Assembly: GCA_001938485.1 (NCBI GenBank)
Contig: MQRK01186667.1
Location: forward strand, 3,118-61,294
Source of the DNA: Girardia tigrina
Taxonomy: Eukaryota
Direction: 5' to 3'
Length of the DNA stretch: 58,177 nucleotides
Of this stretch, positions 11,464 to 23,184 are shown one piece after another. A program made the position numbers and the translations under genes. The notes beneath the pieces are model-generated. The model made no database searches, was not told the DNA's origin, and saw only the letters and a program-made list of their open reading frames with translations. Every line of letters starts with the position of its first letter. Position 1 is the first letter of the stretch.

Positions 11464-12796
11464 TTGGGTTGGCCAAAATGTCATTGTGTTTTTGAGTACG
11501 TCCTAATAAAAAGCTTGAAAATATAAAACAATGTGATAAAATTTAAATTCAATTATATATTCTGAAACCTTAATTTTCAGACTATGTTTATACAAAATAT
11601 TAATTTATTTTCTTTTAATTTATTACTTTACCGTCAATTCGAAATGGAAAATCAAAATGAGCATATTCGTCATGTTTGTTGCATTATTTTCGCAAAGGGA
11701 AAACCGCTGTGCAAGCTCATAAGAAGATATGTTTTGTATATGGTAGTGACTCCTTAAAACTTCGACAGTGTCAATACTGGTTTTCTAAATTTCGTTCTGA
11801 AAAATTTCATCTGAAAGATGCACCACGCTCCGGTCGACCAGTTGAAGTTGATGGCGACAAAATAACAACACTAATCAAATCTAATCCACATATGACGACA
11901 AGAGAAGTTGCAGAGACTCTGGAAATATCAAAATCAAGTGTTGGAAGTCATTTAAAGAAACTTGGATTCGTCAGTAAACTCGATATGAGGTTACCACATG
12001 AACTCAAAGAAATTCATTTGGTGAAACTTATAGACATTTGCGATTCCCTTTTGAAGCGAGAACAAAGTGATCCATTTTTGAAGCGCTTGATTACGGGTGA
12101 CGAAAAATGGATTGTTTACAACAANNNNNNNNNNNNNNNNNNNNNNNNNNNNNNNNNNNNNNNNNNNNNNNNNNGTGGAGCGCCGACGATCATGGACAAA
12201 ACGTGGTGAGCCTGCCAAAACGATCCCAAAAGCAGAAATTCACCAAAAGAAGGTTATGCTTTCCGTCTGGTGGGATTTTAAAGGAATTGTGTTTTTTCAA
12301 CTCCTTCCGAGGATTGAAACCATCAATTCAGACAGATATTGTGGTCAGCTGGAGAAATTGGCTCATTCAATTCAAAAGGAACGTCCTGAATTGGCAAATC
12401 GAAAAGGACTTGTAATTCAGCATGATAACGCAAGACCGCATACAAGTTTGACCACTCGCCAGAAACTCTTATCACTGGGTTGGGAGGTTTTGCCGCACCC
12501 ACCGTATTCTCCAGACTTGGCCTCATCGGATTTTCTCTTATTTAGATCACTACAGAATTCCTTAAACAGAAAAATATTCGCCAGTGATGATGACATCAAA
12601 TCGTTCCTAGACGGTTTTTTTGCTGACAAAGTCAAAGTTTTTTTTATGAATTAAAAATAATGAAGCTACCGGAAAGGTGGAAGAAAGTGATTGAAAATAA
12701 TGGACAGTATATCGTGTAAAAATATTTGTGCATCCATGTCATTTTTTGATAATAAATATTGTAGTAAAAAACGCAATGACTTTTTGCTCAACCCAA
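11464..12796 (+). mobile_element. mariner element (mellifera-type), near full length, frameshifted, assembly gap inside
   Basis: TIRs TTGGGTTGGCCAAAATGTCATTG / CAATGACTTTTTGCTCAACCCAA with TA flanks. The transposase starts MENQNEHIRH (11644) and has TGDEKW, HDNARPH and YSPDLASSD. Confidence 0.95.
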
Positions 12797-13331
12797 TAAA
12801 ACAAAATAATTATATCCCAATATCATGTATTAAAAAAAGTCATTAATAAAGTTTGGAGAAAAATGTGAATTCTGAAATTTCGGATAATGAAAATAGCATA
12901 AACGCTACTAAAGGAAACAGTGAAATTTATTTGAAATTTATACGAACAAGGTTTATAATTTTAAGATTCTCTATAACTTTGTATTCACAATTTTTATTCA
13001 TTACTTTTAATATTTGTTAATAAATAATGTTCAGTTTCTTTGGGGTCAATTCTGTATATTAGCTTCAATTGATCGTGATATTTTCCATTACGATTAACAT
13101 GTAAATTACTATTATTCAAATTTTTTAAGTATCATTAATGAAGAAAGATATTTAATTTTCCTTTCAATCTAATTAAGGGCTATAAAAATATATTTTTAAA
13201 GGAAAAATAAAATAATTTTCATTACAGTTCCCCATGGCTAAACTTAAGGATGTATACAGATAGAAAATAAAAATATAACGTTTTATATTTCTGCAGTACA
13301 AATTTATTGTTTTGCTTTTTATCATAACTCG

Positions 13332-13861
13332 TGTGAGGAATATTTTATATTGTTTGAATGTATTGATCTTGTAAATTGATTTGAGTATGTTGAACTTAGA
13401 ATGTTTATTCTCCAACCCAGATGAAAATTGGTACTTTTTAATATTTATAGTGATTGACTATAATTAAATTAAAATAAAAAATAATTAAAATAATAATTTG
13501 ATAAGTTTATATTTTTAAAATTAACAATTAAAATTAAGTTTAATATTTCTTTTAAAAACAAAAAGAAAAGAATTTAATTAGATTTAAATGAAATTCATTT
13601 TAAACAATTTTATTAAATTTTTATTATTATTTGGGTTTTTATTAAGAAATGGTATAAATTATCATTTTTAATTAATATTTTTGGAAATTAATTTTTTTCA
13701 AAAGATTTTTAAAAATTGTTTTAATAATCATGATTAAAAATAGAAATAATAAATACAATTAAAACTTATGACTTATGAGGAAAGATCTTCCGAGAGTTTT
13801 GATGACTCTAATTGTGATAATAATAAAAATTCAAATGAGAATTGTCTCAATGTTCTTAACA
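13332..13861 (+). mobile_element. solo LTR (TGTGAGG family), 530 bp
   Basis: Runs TGTGAGGAATATTT...GTTCTTAACA with a perfect TSD ACTCG (13327-13331 / 13862-13866). Confidence 0.92.
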
Positions 13862-14399
13862 ACTCGAAAATATTTTTTTATAAATAGTTATTGTATTATG
13901 CATTATATTATCAGAATATAAATTGCAAAAATTTAATAAATAAACATTCTCTGCAAACGCAAGGAATACAATTTTCCCTGAATAAAATTTTATTTGATTT
14001 TTGGGACTTTCAGATTTCTTATCAAATTATAATTTGAATAAAAATTAATTTTTGGAAATTATATTCTAAATAAATGAAAACGTAATTTGAGATTTTTGTA
14101 TACACAAAACATCTTTTTATAGCTCATTTTTAAATTAAATTGTTTTCCAAAGACATTACACATTTTTTTTCATTTATATTTTAGTTACAACAAAAACATT
14201 TTCTCTTTCAATTATTTCGAAAAATAATAATAAAAATTAATTAAGAATAATATGCTTAATTTCGTAATAAAGGGAAAACATAAAATAAAATTTTATTTAA
14301 AATTCCCATATATATATATTTATTTATTTACATTTAATTATTCAAAAAAATATTGGATAATAATAGCAAAATGTTTCAAATTTAATTAAAATTTTTTGT

Positions 14400-15240
14400 A
14401 TTTGAAAAACTTGTGCTCTTCAAGAGATATGTAGATGACATCTTTTTTAGTTTACAAAAACCAATCCCTTATAGAATCATTCTTAAAATGTTTTAATGAT
14501 CTTCAACCTAATATTAAATTTTCTTTCAGAATCGTAAACTTATTTTTCGTGACATATTTGTGACTAGGATTAATGGGAAATATCAAACTAAATTATACAG
14601 AAAGTCAACAAATACAACTCTCAACACAACACTTAAGAGCATTTACGAAGAAAAATATAGAGGGCATAATATTTTCAATTTTGAAATATTCTTCGTTTTA
14701 ATATTCTTAGAGGATGATTGAGATACAACATATACACAAACAAATAGATATATCACAACATTAGGGACATTGAATGAATTATGTTCATACGGAGTAAGAA
14801 AGTATTTAATGAAGAAAATATTTGAGAGCACAAACAAATAATCAAATTGCATATTATGAATGATTTAAATCATTTAGAAAGAGTATTTGTAAGAAAATTG
14901 GTAGTTTAAATATGATTTAATGGCATCAAAAGGATAAGGATTCCTCTTCGAAAAAAATCAAAAACAATTTATAGATTGAAAGCTAATCTCAGTGTAAAAA
15001 TTGTTACATTGGAGAAATAAATCGTCATCACAAAACCCGGATTAGTGAGTCTTCGCAATCAAGTCGATCGAGTAAGGTTCTTTATCATTGGTTACAGTGT
15101 AAAAATATAATCTCTTCTGTTTCAAAGGACGAGTTTTCTGTTTTACAGAAGGATATTGATTCCAATTATGAGAGACAGTTTTGTGAATCTCTACTAATAA
15201 GACACTACAACCCACTAATAAAAAATCAAAATGGACAAAA
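14400..15240 (+). mobile_element. Penelope-like retroelement fragment (RT + GIY-YIG endonuclease)
   Basis: RT part reads FKRYVDDIFLV...FNDLQPNIKF...YQTKLYRKSTNT. GIY-YIG part reads TIYRL...CKNCYIGEINRHHKTRISE...FSVL...CESLLIRHYNPLIKNQ. Confidence 0.8.
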
Positions 15241-15671
15241 TAAATCAGTTTCAAGCTTAAAATATTTAATTAAGTATCAAAAAATTTTGCCATTATTATT
15301 CAATAATATCTTGTATAATTAAAAAGAAATAAATAAATCATTCTACTAAAACTAATATTTTTTCGAAGATTGGACATGGAGTTCCTATCTAGAAGAACAG
15401 TGCAGTCTTAAGTAATGGATCATTGTCTTAATATTATTGTTAGTCTTAAATTCTAACTATCTTTCATTTGAATAATATAAAAGCTAAAATTCCTCGTTGT
15501 TTAAAATCTTTCTTAATAAATGTTGTTTTTATTTTCTACATTCCATACTTGGGTTTTTTGTAAATATAATTATTTTTGTTATTTGCTTTCTTTCTTTTGT
15601 TAAATAGTCTGTATTTAGATCGAATCTTGAAAATATTCACTTGAATTTATTAAATACAGTATAAAATAATA

Positions 15672-16300
15672 TTAGGTTGTCAAGTATAAAATTTGTAGGC
15701 ATGATTACAGTAAATTCAAACAGTTACAATTTGACAATGACTAAACATGCTGTGGCTCAGTTTTTTATTTGATTGCTACATTTCTTGGCTATTAAATACA
15801 CCAATAAACATTAATTAAAATTATTGATTACTTTCTATTAATAATCAGTATTTTAAAAAATCAAAAAAATGAAATAAGAGCATTGGAATGCTTGTTTGAT
15901 GATGCTTTCTAGTTATAAATGTGATCACGTTTGAATCAAGTCGTCACTTGATTTGCAAAGGCAAACCTATAAAGAGAATTGGAAACGTTCAGCAAGCTGA
16001 ATGAATACAAATGAATCACAAAAACAAAATTCAGAGCATACTTTTCATCAAAAGAGGCAGATGGTGAGTGTTTGAAAGTCAGCCACAGGTGTGATCCTTT
16101 CTTTAAGTTTCCACATCATATCTTTCAATTGGTGGCAGAAGACATCTGCTTTAATCGACGAACCAGGTTTAAAGAAGTAATGAAGACAGCCATGTTTGGT
16201 AAATAGGTGTACTTCAATCTTGCTCCACGATACTGCAAAACCACATATTGCGCTTAAGACAATGATAAAACAACAACAACTTTTTGATAGGAAAAAATTG
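15672..16300 (+). mobile_element. degenerate mariner with internal 86-bp inversion
   Basis: Left TIR TTAGGTTGTCAAGTA after TA. Reads HQKRQMVSV*KSATGVI, then inverted HYFFKPG...KLKE, then RQPCLVNR..ILLHDTAKPH. Confidence 0.75.
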
Positions 16301-17289
16301 AAGATTGTTATCACAATTTTATGTTTCTCACGAAAGTTTCCTTATACATTGATTTTTTTAATACACCGTAGAAATTTTGCATTTGACGAAATAAGTTAAT
16401 GTAATATATTAGATATTTTGATTTCAATTTTATTAATAATATAATACTGCCTTTACAATTGAGTGTTACAAAAGTCAATTTACTTGTCCACCGCCATACC
16501 TTTCTAAAACAGCAGGCTCAGTAGTAGCAGATTTGAAAACAAAATAACGTAAAAGGGTCAAAGTTGAAAACAATTTGCAAAATTTTCTCTCCTGATAGTA
16601 GAACCTCATTTTAATGATTTAATGAAAACCCCATAATGAAATATTATATTTTTTAATTTTTTTTACATTAGACATTTTGTCGTTCTAATGATATAAAATT
16701 TTTCTATCTTCCCTTAAATTTCTCCTTGAAGAGTAACTACCCTAGTCTAAATAATAATTAAAGGAATTTTCCTTTTTTAATTACTGGAGATATCGAAAAG
16801 AAAATTTTTATTATTGTTCTTATTATAATTTTTATTACTATTTGATTTCCTAATCTTAAATATCTTCTTTAAAATTCTGTTTATGGCTAATTAAAATAGC
16901 AAAATTGATTCTTGGGTTTTTTAATCTTTCAGTTTCTTCGTCAATTACCATAAAATGTCACATTGACATTCCAAAAAATTATTTATGCTCGTTAAAACTT
17001 ATATGTTGTTCAATCAAATAGTTAATATTTGTTCGGACAAATCAGTATAATTGTGCAAAAATAAGCACAAATATCAAAGAATCCATCAAAACTAATTATT
17101 GTCAATGGGCGACTTAAAAAGTTGTCGTCCCGGTTATCAACAACTAAATATTCAATTGCAAACAGTTGATGCTAAACCACATCGGCTAAGACAGTTTTAT
17201 TGAAATCCAAGATAATTTTTAACAATTTTATAAAACAGCAAATAAAAACATTTAAAATAGTAAAATAAAACACAAATCTTTTAAAAGAT

Positions 17290-18225
17290 CTACATAACGG
17301 TTTCTCGAACAAATTTACTATTGTCATCGGCCAACGACAAATGCTGATATCGGGAATCACCAAGATACCCCGTCACGCTGACTGATCCGACATTCGACGT
17401 CGTATTTCTAAGAAAATAGTTTGTTTTACAACGGAATTGGAAAAGTTTTTGTAAATTCTGTCTGAATCTTAAACCACAAATACAATAAATAAAAAAGTTA
17501 AGAAATGAATTCAAAACTGTTAAGATATCGACCAAAGATCGAATGGCCGTACTTATACAACTTGAGTTACGTCTCATATTTTGCATGATTATTTGCCAGA
17601 CACATCCCGGAGATTCAGTTACAATAAAAACTCCAATTACAACAACAAGCATTTTCGTTTCATGAGTTCTTCTTATGGATCCTGTTTGGTTATTAATAAG
17701 AGTCTGTCGACGTTTTGAAGCTTTGATAACACTTAGAGTGAGAAGAGTATTAAAGATAATAAGCAAAATCATGGGACCGACAATATTTACAATGGTAAAT
17801 AAAATACTTCCATAAATCAAATGATAAAGTCGACTGAGATCGGGATTTGTAACCATTGCGGTGTAGTTGTGATATGAGACCGATTTCCATTCCCAAGTTC
17901 TTGGTATGTTATATAATAGAGCTATTACAACTACGATTAATGAATAAATCTTCGCTCGTTTTGGATTACTTCTTGAATGGGCTCGAAAAGGACGATATAC
18001 AACAACAAATCTATCGATGGCCACCACAACAGCAATCCAGTTTCTTCCACACCGGCAGACATTTCCAAGATACCAAGCTGGTTTCATTATTAGTAATTTA
18101 AGTTCATTTATATCCGAATACAATTCGTCATCACAAATGTAATAAATTCCGTCAATAAGAATAATATAATAAATTGAAAGAATGAGAAACATTATGTCAT
18201 CTGAAGAAAATAAAAATAACTTCAA
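17290..18225 (-). CDS. rhodopsin-class peptide GPCR (FMRFamide/sex-peptide-receptor-like), main exon TM2-TM7 plus C-tail
   Basis: Intact 311-codon frame with six hydrophobic helices, AIDRFVVVYRP (DRY motif), YNIPR.WE, TKMLVVV..VF...E.P and NSFLNFFIYC...RFR. TM1 (GN motif) is absent. A polypyrimidine-TTCAG acceptor suggests the exon really starts at 18200. Confidence 0.88.
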   Translation of the reverse strand: MKLFLFSSDDIMFLILSIYYIILIDGIYYICDDELYSDINELKLLIMKPAWYLGNVCRCGRNWIAVVVAIDRFVVVYRPFRAHSRSNPKRAKIYSLIVVVIALLYNIPRTWEWKSVSYHNYTAMVTNPDLSRLYHLIYGSILFTIVNIVGPMILLIIFNTLLTLSVIKASKRRQTLINNQTGSIRRTHETKMLVVVIGVFIVTESPGCVWQIIMQNMRRNSSCISTAIRSLVDILTVLNSFLNFFIYCICGLRFRQNLQKLFQFRCKTNYFLRNTTSNVGSVSVTGYLGDSRYQHLSLADDNSKFVRETVM

Positions 18226-19204
18226 AAAGGTTTTTATTATATTTATATATTTTTACATTTATAAGTAAACCAATATAATGAAAGAAGTATATAGATGTTA
18301 ATGTAACAAAAATTAAAATTAAATTAAAATTTTAAGAAAAGTAGATAAATGAATTAAACAAATAACTTAAAAAATCGATGTAAAAAATTTAAAAAATAAT
18401 TAAAAATGTTTAAAATTATAATCAAACACGCAATCAAGTTTATTAAATGTTTTTAAATGTTTCGAAATACATTTTGGCGGATTTTCTGTTATACTATGTC
18501 TAAAAAGTACATAATTGTTGGTAATTACATCTGAAGATGAAGTAAAATCCGCCGTACTGCAACGTGTAAAATTTTATTACATTTAGTAGCGTTTTTGATG
18601 AAAAAAAAGTTTAGTATTAATTTATCATCAAAATGTTCGCCACTTGAAAGGGGGTCTCCCTCGAATTGAAGATTTAGAGTGTAACCTCAGAACGTATAAC
18701 TCTTACCATTTTGAAATTCAAAGCAATTGTCACATGCCAAAACTGATCATAAGTCCCAACCACTAAAAATTAAATATCTTTGTCCCCTGATAATCCCGTC
18801 TAGAAATAGCATGTCTTAAGGGGAATAGATTATAGGTTGTCCTACTTTACCGTAACTGACTGGCATTTCAGTAAAATCATTTTAGCCTAGAGACAACATT
18901 TAACCCAATCTAGTTTTTTACGAACACTACTTGTAAGTATCTTCGACTGGCTGACAAGCAGACCCTGACTTGATACATACTTTTCAGTACACTTTTTCAT
19001 ATTTAACTGTAACCAAATCATAAGTTGAGAGATCATGAGAATCTCGAATTTTAGCATTTTTTAGTACAGAATGCAAATTTAATGTTTTTAATGTATTTTC
19101 TACTAATAAAACGCCCTAGAAGCTATCATACTGCAGAGTTAAAATACAATTTAAAAGCAATAAATTTTAGCCACTTTTTTGTTTTGTAAGAATTATATAT
19201 ATTC

Positions 19205-19500
19205 ATGATCTCATGTCCCCTGCCACACATCAAAAGAGGTAAAGCGGTTGATGACAGACGAATGCTTGGTGATTCTGCCATGACCGGACATGAATACAAT
19301 AGAAATGCTATTGAACGTTCTGAAGAACAAGTTGCGTCAGAAAACAAGTACAAACAGATATGAATGAAATACTAAACATCTGTGTGTATGACGATGAGGT
19401 CTCCAGACAATTCACGGAAACTGCGCAAAAATTGGTGACATGAATGCCTGATCGAATAAGGGCTCAGATTAAAGCAAAAGATAGCCATACCACATTCTAA
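19205..19500 (+). mobile_element. Tc1-like transposase C-terminal fragment
   Basis: Reads PCHTSKEVKRLM...ILP*PDMNTIE (SPDxNPIE motif) and KLVT*MPDRIRAQIKAKDSHTTF*. Confidence 0.7.
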
Positions 19501-21300
19501 AGACGCTGTTGCATGCTTTGTGCTGTGTTTTTGTTAATTTATGCAGTTAAATACATGTTGTTTGCTGTAGTAGTCTCATGTGCAATATAGTGGTGAATTT
19601 ATATGGCGTCCAGATTAATATACTCCCTAAAATTAATTTAATTTAGTTTATATATTTAAATATAATTAATTTACTGAATATTTGCAAAATTGGAAAAATT
19701 TATACGTTTAAAAATATCAAATATTTTTTTAACATAATTTGAATGAAATTAAAATATCAGTTTCGATATCACATATGTAAATGAAAGGAAAACTAAAAAG
19801 AGTCATTTTATTCTATTTTATTTCTTTAGTAAATTAAAAAAATTAAGTTTAGTACTTTCATGCAAACTTTTTACTTTTTATAAGCTTCTTCTGTAAAATG
19901 TCTTCTTGTGAAAGTTAAACCTCCGCTCATCAGACAAGGAATCTGAATCAAAACACAAATGTATAAAATTATATACCATGCTTTTCTAGTTAGAAATTTG
20001 CTGCCAGTAATATTTAATTTAGGATTCATGCGTAAACATATGCCATATTTTTTAGTAAATCTGTTTATAATAATTAATATCTTTTTCTAGATTTTGATAA
20101 TTAAAACCACTAGATCATAGTATCTTAGTAATATTAAAAGGAATTAAAAATACATTTACGTTAATAGATTTTTCATGTGCATTAACGTAAATGTTTATTA
20201 AAAAATATTATCAAAAGAAATAATTAAAAACAAGAAAAAAAAATTACAAATATCTAAATGGAAAATATACTGAAATTAATCGGAAATATTTATATATTTT
20301 TAATAAAATATCATTCTTTTTTATTAATAATTGTTGGGATCGTTCATAAAATATAAAATTTTTGAATCTTATGAAATTATTAAATAAACAATTACATTCC
20401 GTAAAATATTGTTATAAATATGTTAAAAAATAGATTTTCAGAAATTTAATATAAAAAATTAATTGAAGTAAGAAATAAAATAAATTTTACGGTAGGGTTA
20501 TTAAAAGATTTATGTAAAGATTTATTATAAAGTAAAAAAAGTTAATTTCAAATTTGATGAAAATATTTATTTGAAATAAAATAAAAGTAATTTAAGTTTG
20601 ATATTCTATTTGCAAAACTAAACTATTTTTTGTAACTTTTAAATCAAAGTAAATTAAAAATGTGGTTATAATTTTTTTTTGGAAAATGTAATTATAATTT
20701 TTATTGGGAATTAAAATTGGAATTAAAAAATAATTGAAAACCATTAAATTGACTTAAATAAAAAAATGCGAATTTAATTTTTTGGAAAATGTAATTGAGA
20801 AACAGGTAAATTTAAATGTACCATAAAATTGAAAAATTAATAAAAGACACAACAAAATTTTTGACAAAATTTTAATTCACTATAATTTTTATTAAAGAAA
20901 ATATAAATTTTTAACTTGTAAAAAAATATACAAACCATATTTTTATTTATAATGGTTGTGTAAAAAGAAAGTAAAAAAGTTCCTCAAAAAATATTTGTTT
21001 AAAAAATTCAAATTGTCATAGAATAATAATAAATTACACTAAAATTTGAATTTGCTGTTTTTTTTTACGTTAAAATACGTTTAAAATAGAAAAATTGCAA
21101 TTTTTGAGATTGGCAGAAATAATAATGAAATTTAATAATATTTTTAAAATGTTTTAAACGTTTTCACAACCGAGCGCTTAAAAAGTTAATGAAATTGAAG
21201 ATTACAAAGATTACTTCTTTGTGGTCGGAGTTACGAAGTATGTAGCTCCTATCGTGGATTTTGTCTATGATTGTATATGGACCTTATTTAAGATCTTTCA

Positions 21301-22005
21301 GTAAAAACCGATAGAAAACGTCGTCAATTTGATATATCGTATTTTCCGAATAAAGTGATCACTTGGCGACAAAAACATGAATTTCAAATCAAAACTCTGC
21401 AAAATGAGCTGATTTACACGAATGTGTCGAAAGCGGAAATCATAAGCAAAGACAATTCGAAAGACGCTTTTCAAATGACGAATATTTTGGAGATTTGTAA
21501 AATTATATTGAAGAAAGGAGAGCTCCAATTGACGGAGAAAAAGTGACAATTTGTGATGGATAATTTAATTAAAGATGTCGCAAAACTTCTGACTAGTGAA
21601 ACGTTGAATCCGAGTACAAAACTATGCTTTCCACCGGGTGTGATAAAGAAAATGATTCACGATTGTCACATCAATTTAAAACCGAATAAATCCGCAAAAC
21701 AACAATCTCTCAACGTTATTCGAATGTTGATAAAGAAATTGAATGTTCCGATCAATGTCGTTCTTTTATCTGTCAACATTACTGCGACAAAAAAAATTTA
21801 TTCAATCAAACGAGAATTATTGAGTTATTGTGAAAATATTTTCTCAGAGGTGCACGATTTAAAGATGGAGGCGATTTTCGAACCGGAAAATTATGATTTA
21901 TTCAAAGAAAATTTTGAAACGAAATGCACAATTGAATTACACGAAAAATGCAACAACATTGGGCTCATTTGTGTCGTGCTTGTGCTAAAAAAATTGAAGC
22001 ACTAG
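21301..22005 (+). pseudogene. SBDS: ribosome maturation factor SBDS/Sdo1, nearly complete, intronless, one in-frame TGA
   Basis: Reads RRQFDISYFPNKVITWR...IYTNVSK.....D...AF......ICK.IL.KGELQLTEKK*QFVMDNLIKDVA......LNP.T...P...I......H...KPNKSAKQQSL.VI. All three SBDS domains are colinear. The TGA at 21544-21546 sits at a conserved Arg position, and no start codon is present in frame. Confidence 0.85.
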
Positions 22006-22059
22006 TCACTACAGATTTTTGTGAACCTGTTTTAAAGACTTTGATAAGTTACAGCTGTC

Positions 22060-23000
22060 TCAGTATTCTTGAATATTTAAAAAATCACCACTTTTTTTCT
22101 TTAAAAATGGAAAAATGATCTTCCAGAATTTGTCTACTATTTCAAAAAAAGTTTGTCTATTATTGAATAACATTAGGTATGAAGAATACCAACATTTAAC
22201 TCCGAGTACCAACAATACTTTGGAGAGTTTTAACCGATATATCAAGGAAGAGGAAAATTTACGTGAACGATTACCTCTCTTGTTTGCTCGTCGTTTTTTT
22301 GAGATGGTTGCCAATTTGTCGAAAGCTTATGAACGAGATATGAAGATATTTGTGACATCTCCTACTATCTCATTAAGTGTTTGGACCAGTCCTTATCAAT
22401 GCACAAAGACTGACAAAGTTTTGATGTCTGAAGATCTGGATACAACAGTCGAATATTTCGTTCCATCTGGAAATATAAACCAACTTGCAAAAAGTGTTAT
22501 TGGCGAAAAAACTTTACACTGTTTGAGCAATTTAAAAAACGTGTTTTTAATGTTTGGAAAATCACATTTCTTAAAGAAAAAGCATGGCAAGATTGAGTAT
22601 GCAACTGTCCAGCATTTTTCAAAATTATATCTACAAGAATGTTGTTGGCATTTCAATTAGAACCGATCTTTGTAAACCGCCTGCTGCTGCTAAAATGTAC
22701 CGATTGGAGAAAATCTGAAGCGTGGCAGACAAATCAATTCTAAAAAGGCTTTAATTTTTTAATAAAGGATAAAACATAATCTTTGTATTTTGATTCATTA
22801 ACTTTGTATTTTTTAATTAAAATGTTGTATTTTGTACTTAGAATTAGGCATTTTTTTATTTATCTTTTTTTATTTTTTTACTTAGCTTTTCATATTATAT
22901 TACATAGTGTTTAATTTTTTTACTTAGCGAAGATAAATTTTTTACTTAGAATTTTTTGAATAAAATACTTAGCTTTTTAATAAAAAATACATAGCGTTTT
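22060..23000 (+). mobile_element. MULE/Mutator-like transposase C-terminal part with SWIM finger and repetitive 3' tail
   Basis: Reads TPSTNNTLESFNRYIKE, then a frameshifted CNCPAFFK.YI(C)K(H)VVG SWIM finger and a VPIG..KRGR...KKAL AT-hook-like tail. TTTTACTTAG repeats follow at 22830-22980. Confidence 0.75.
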
Positions 23001-23141
23001 AATAATTATACACAGTGGTTAAATTTTTCTGTATATATACACGAATATATATATNNNNNNNNNNNNNNNNNNNNNNNNNNNNNNNNNNNNNNNNNNNNNN
23101 NNNNTTATACACAGTGGTTAAATTTTTCTGTATATATACAC

Positions 23142-23184
<43 letters not shown>

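Noticed and set aside
19871-20060. Minus-strand frame with one hydrophobic segment as the missing GPCR 5' exon
   Set aside because: It has an acceptor-like AG but lacks the TM1 GN motif and the TM2 start, so I cannot support it.
21543-21574. 32-nt GT-AG micro-intron that would remove the SBDS stop
   Set aside because: Splicing it shifts the frame, and the sequence it would remove aligns without gaps to SBDS.
11045-22005. Functional SBDS-EFL1 gene pairing
   Set aside because: The fragment matches eEF2 rather than EFL1, and both pieces are broken and 10 kb apart.
23005-23180. Direct repeat TTATACACAGTGGTTAAATTTTTCTG... on both sides of the gap
   Set aside because: Identical sequence flanking a 50-N gap next to (TA)n is typical of unmerged contig overlap.
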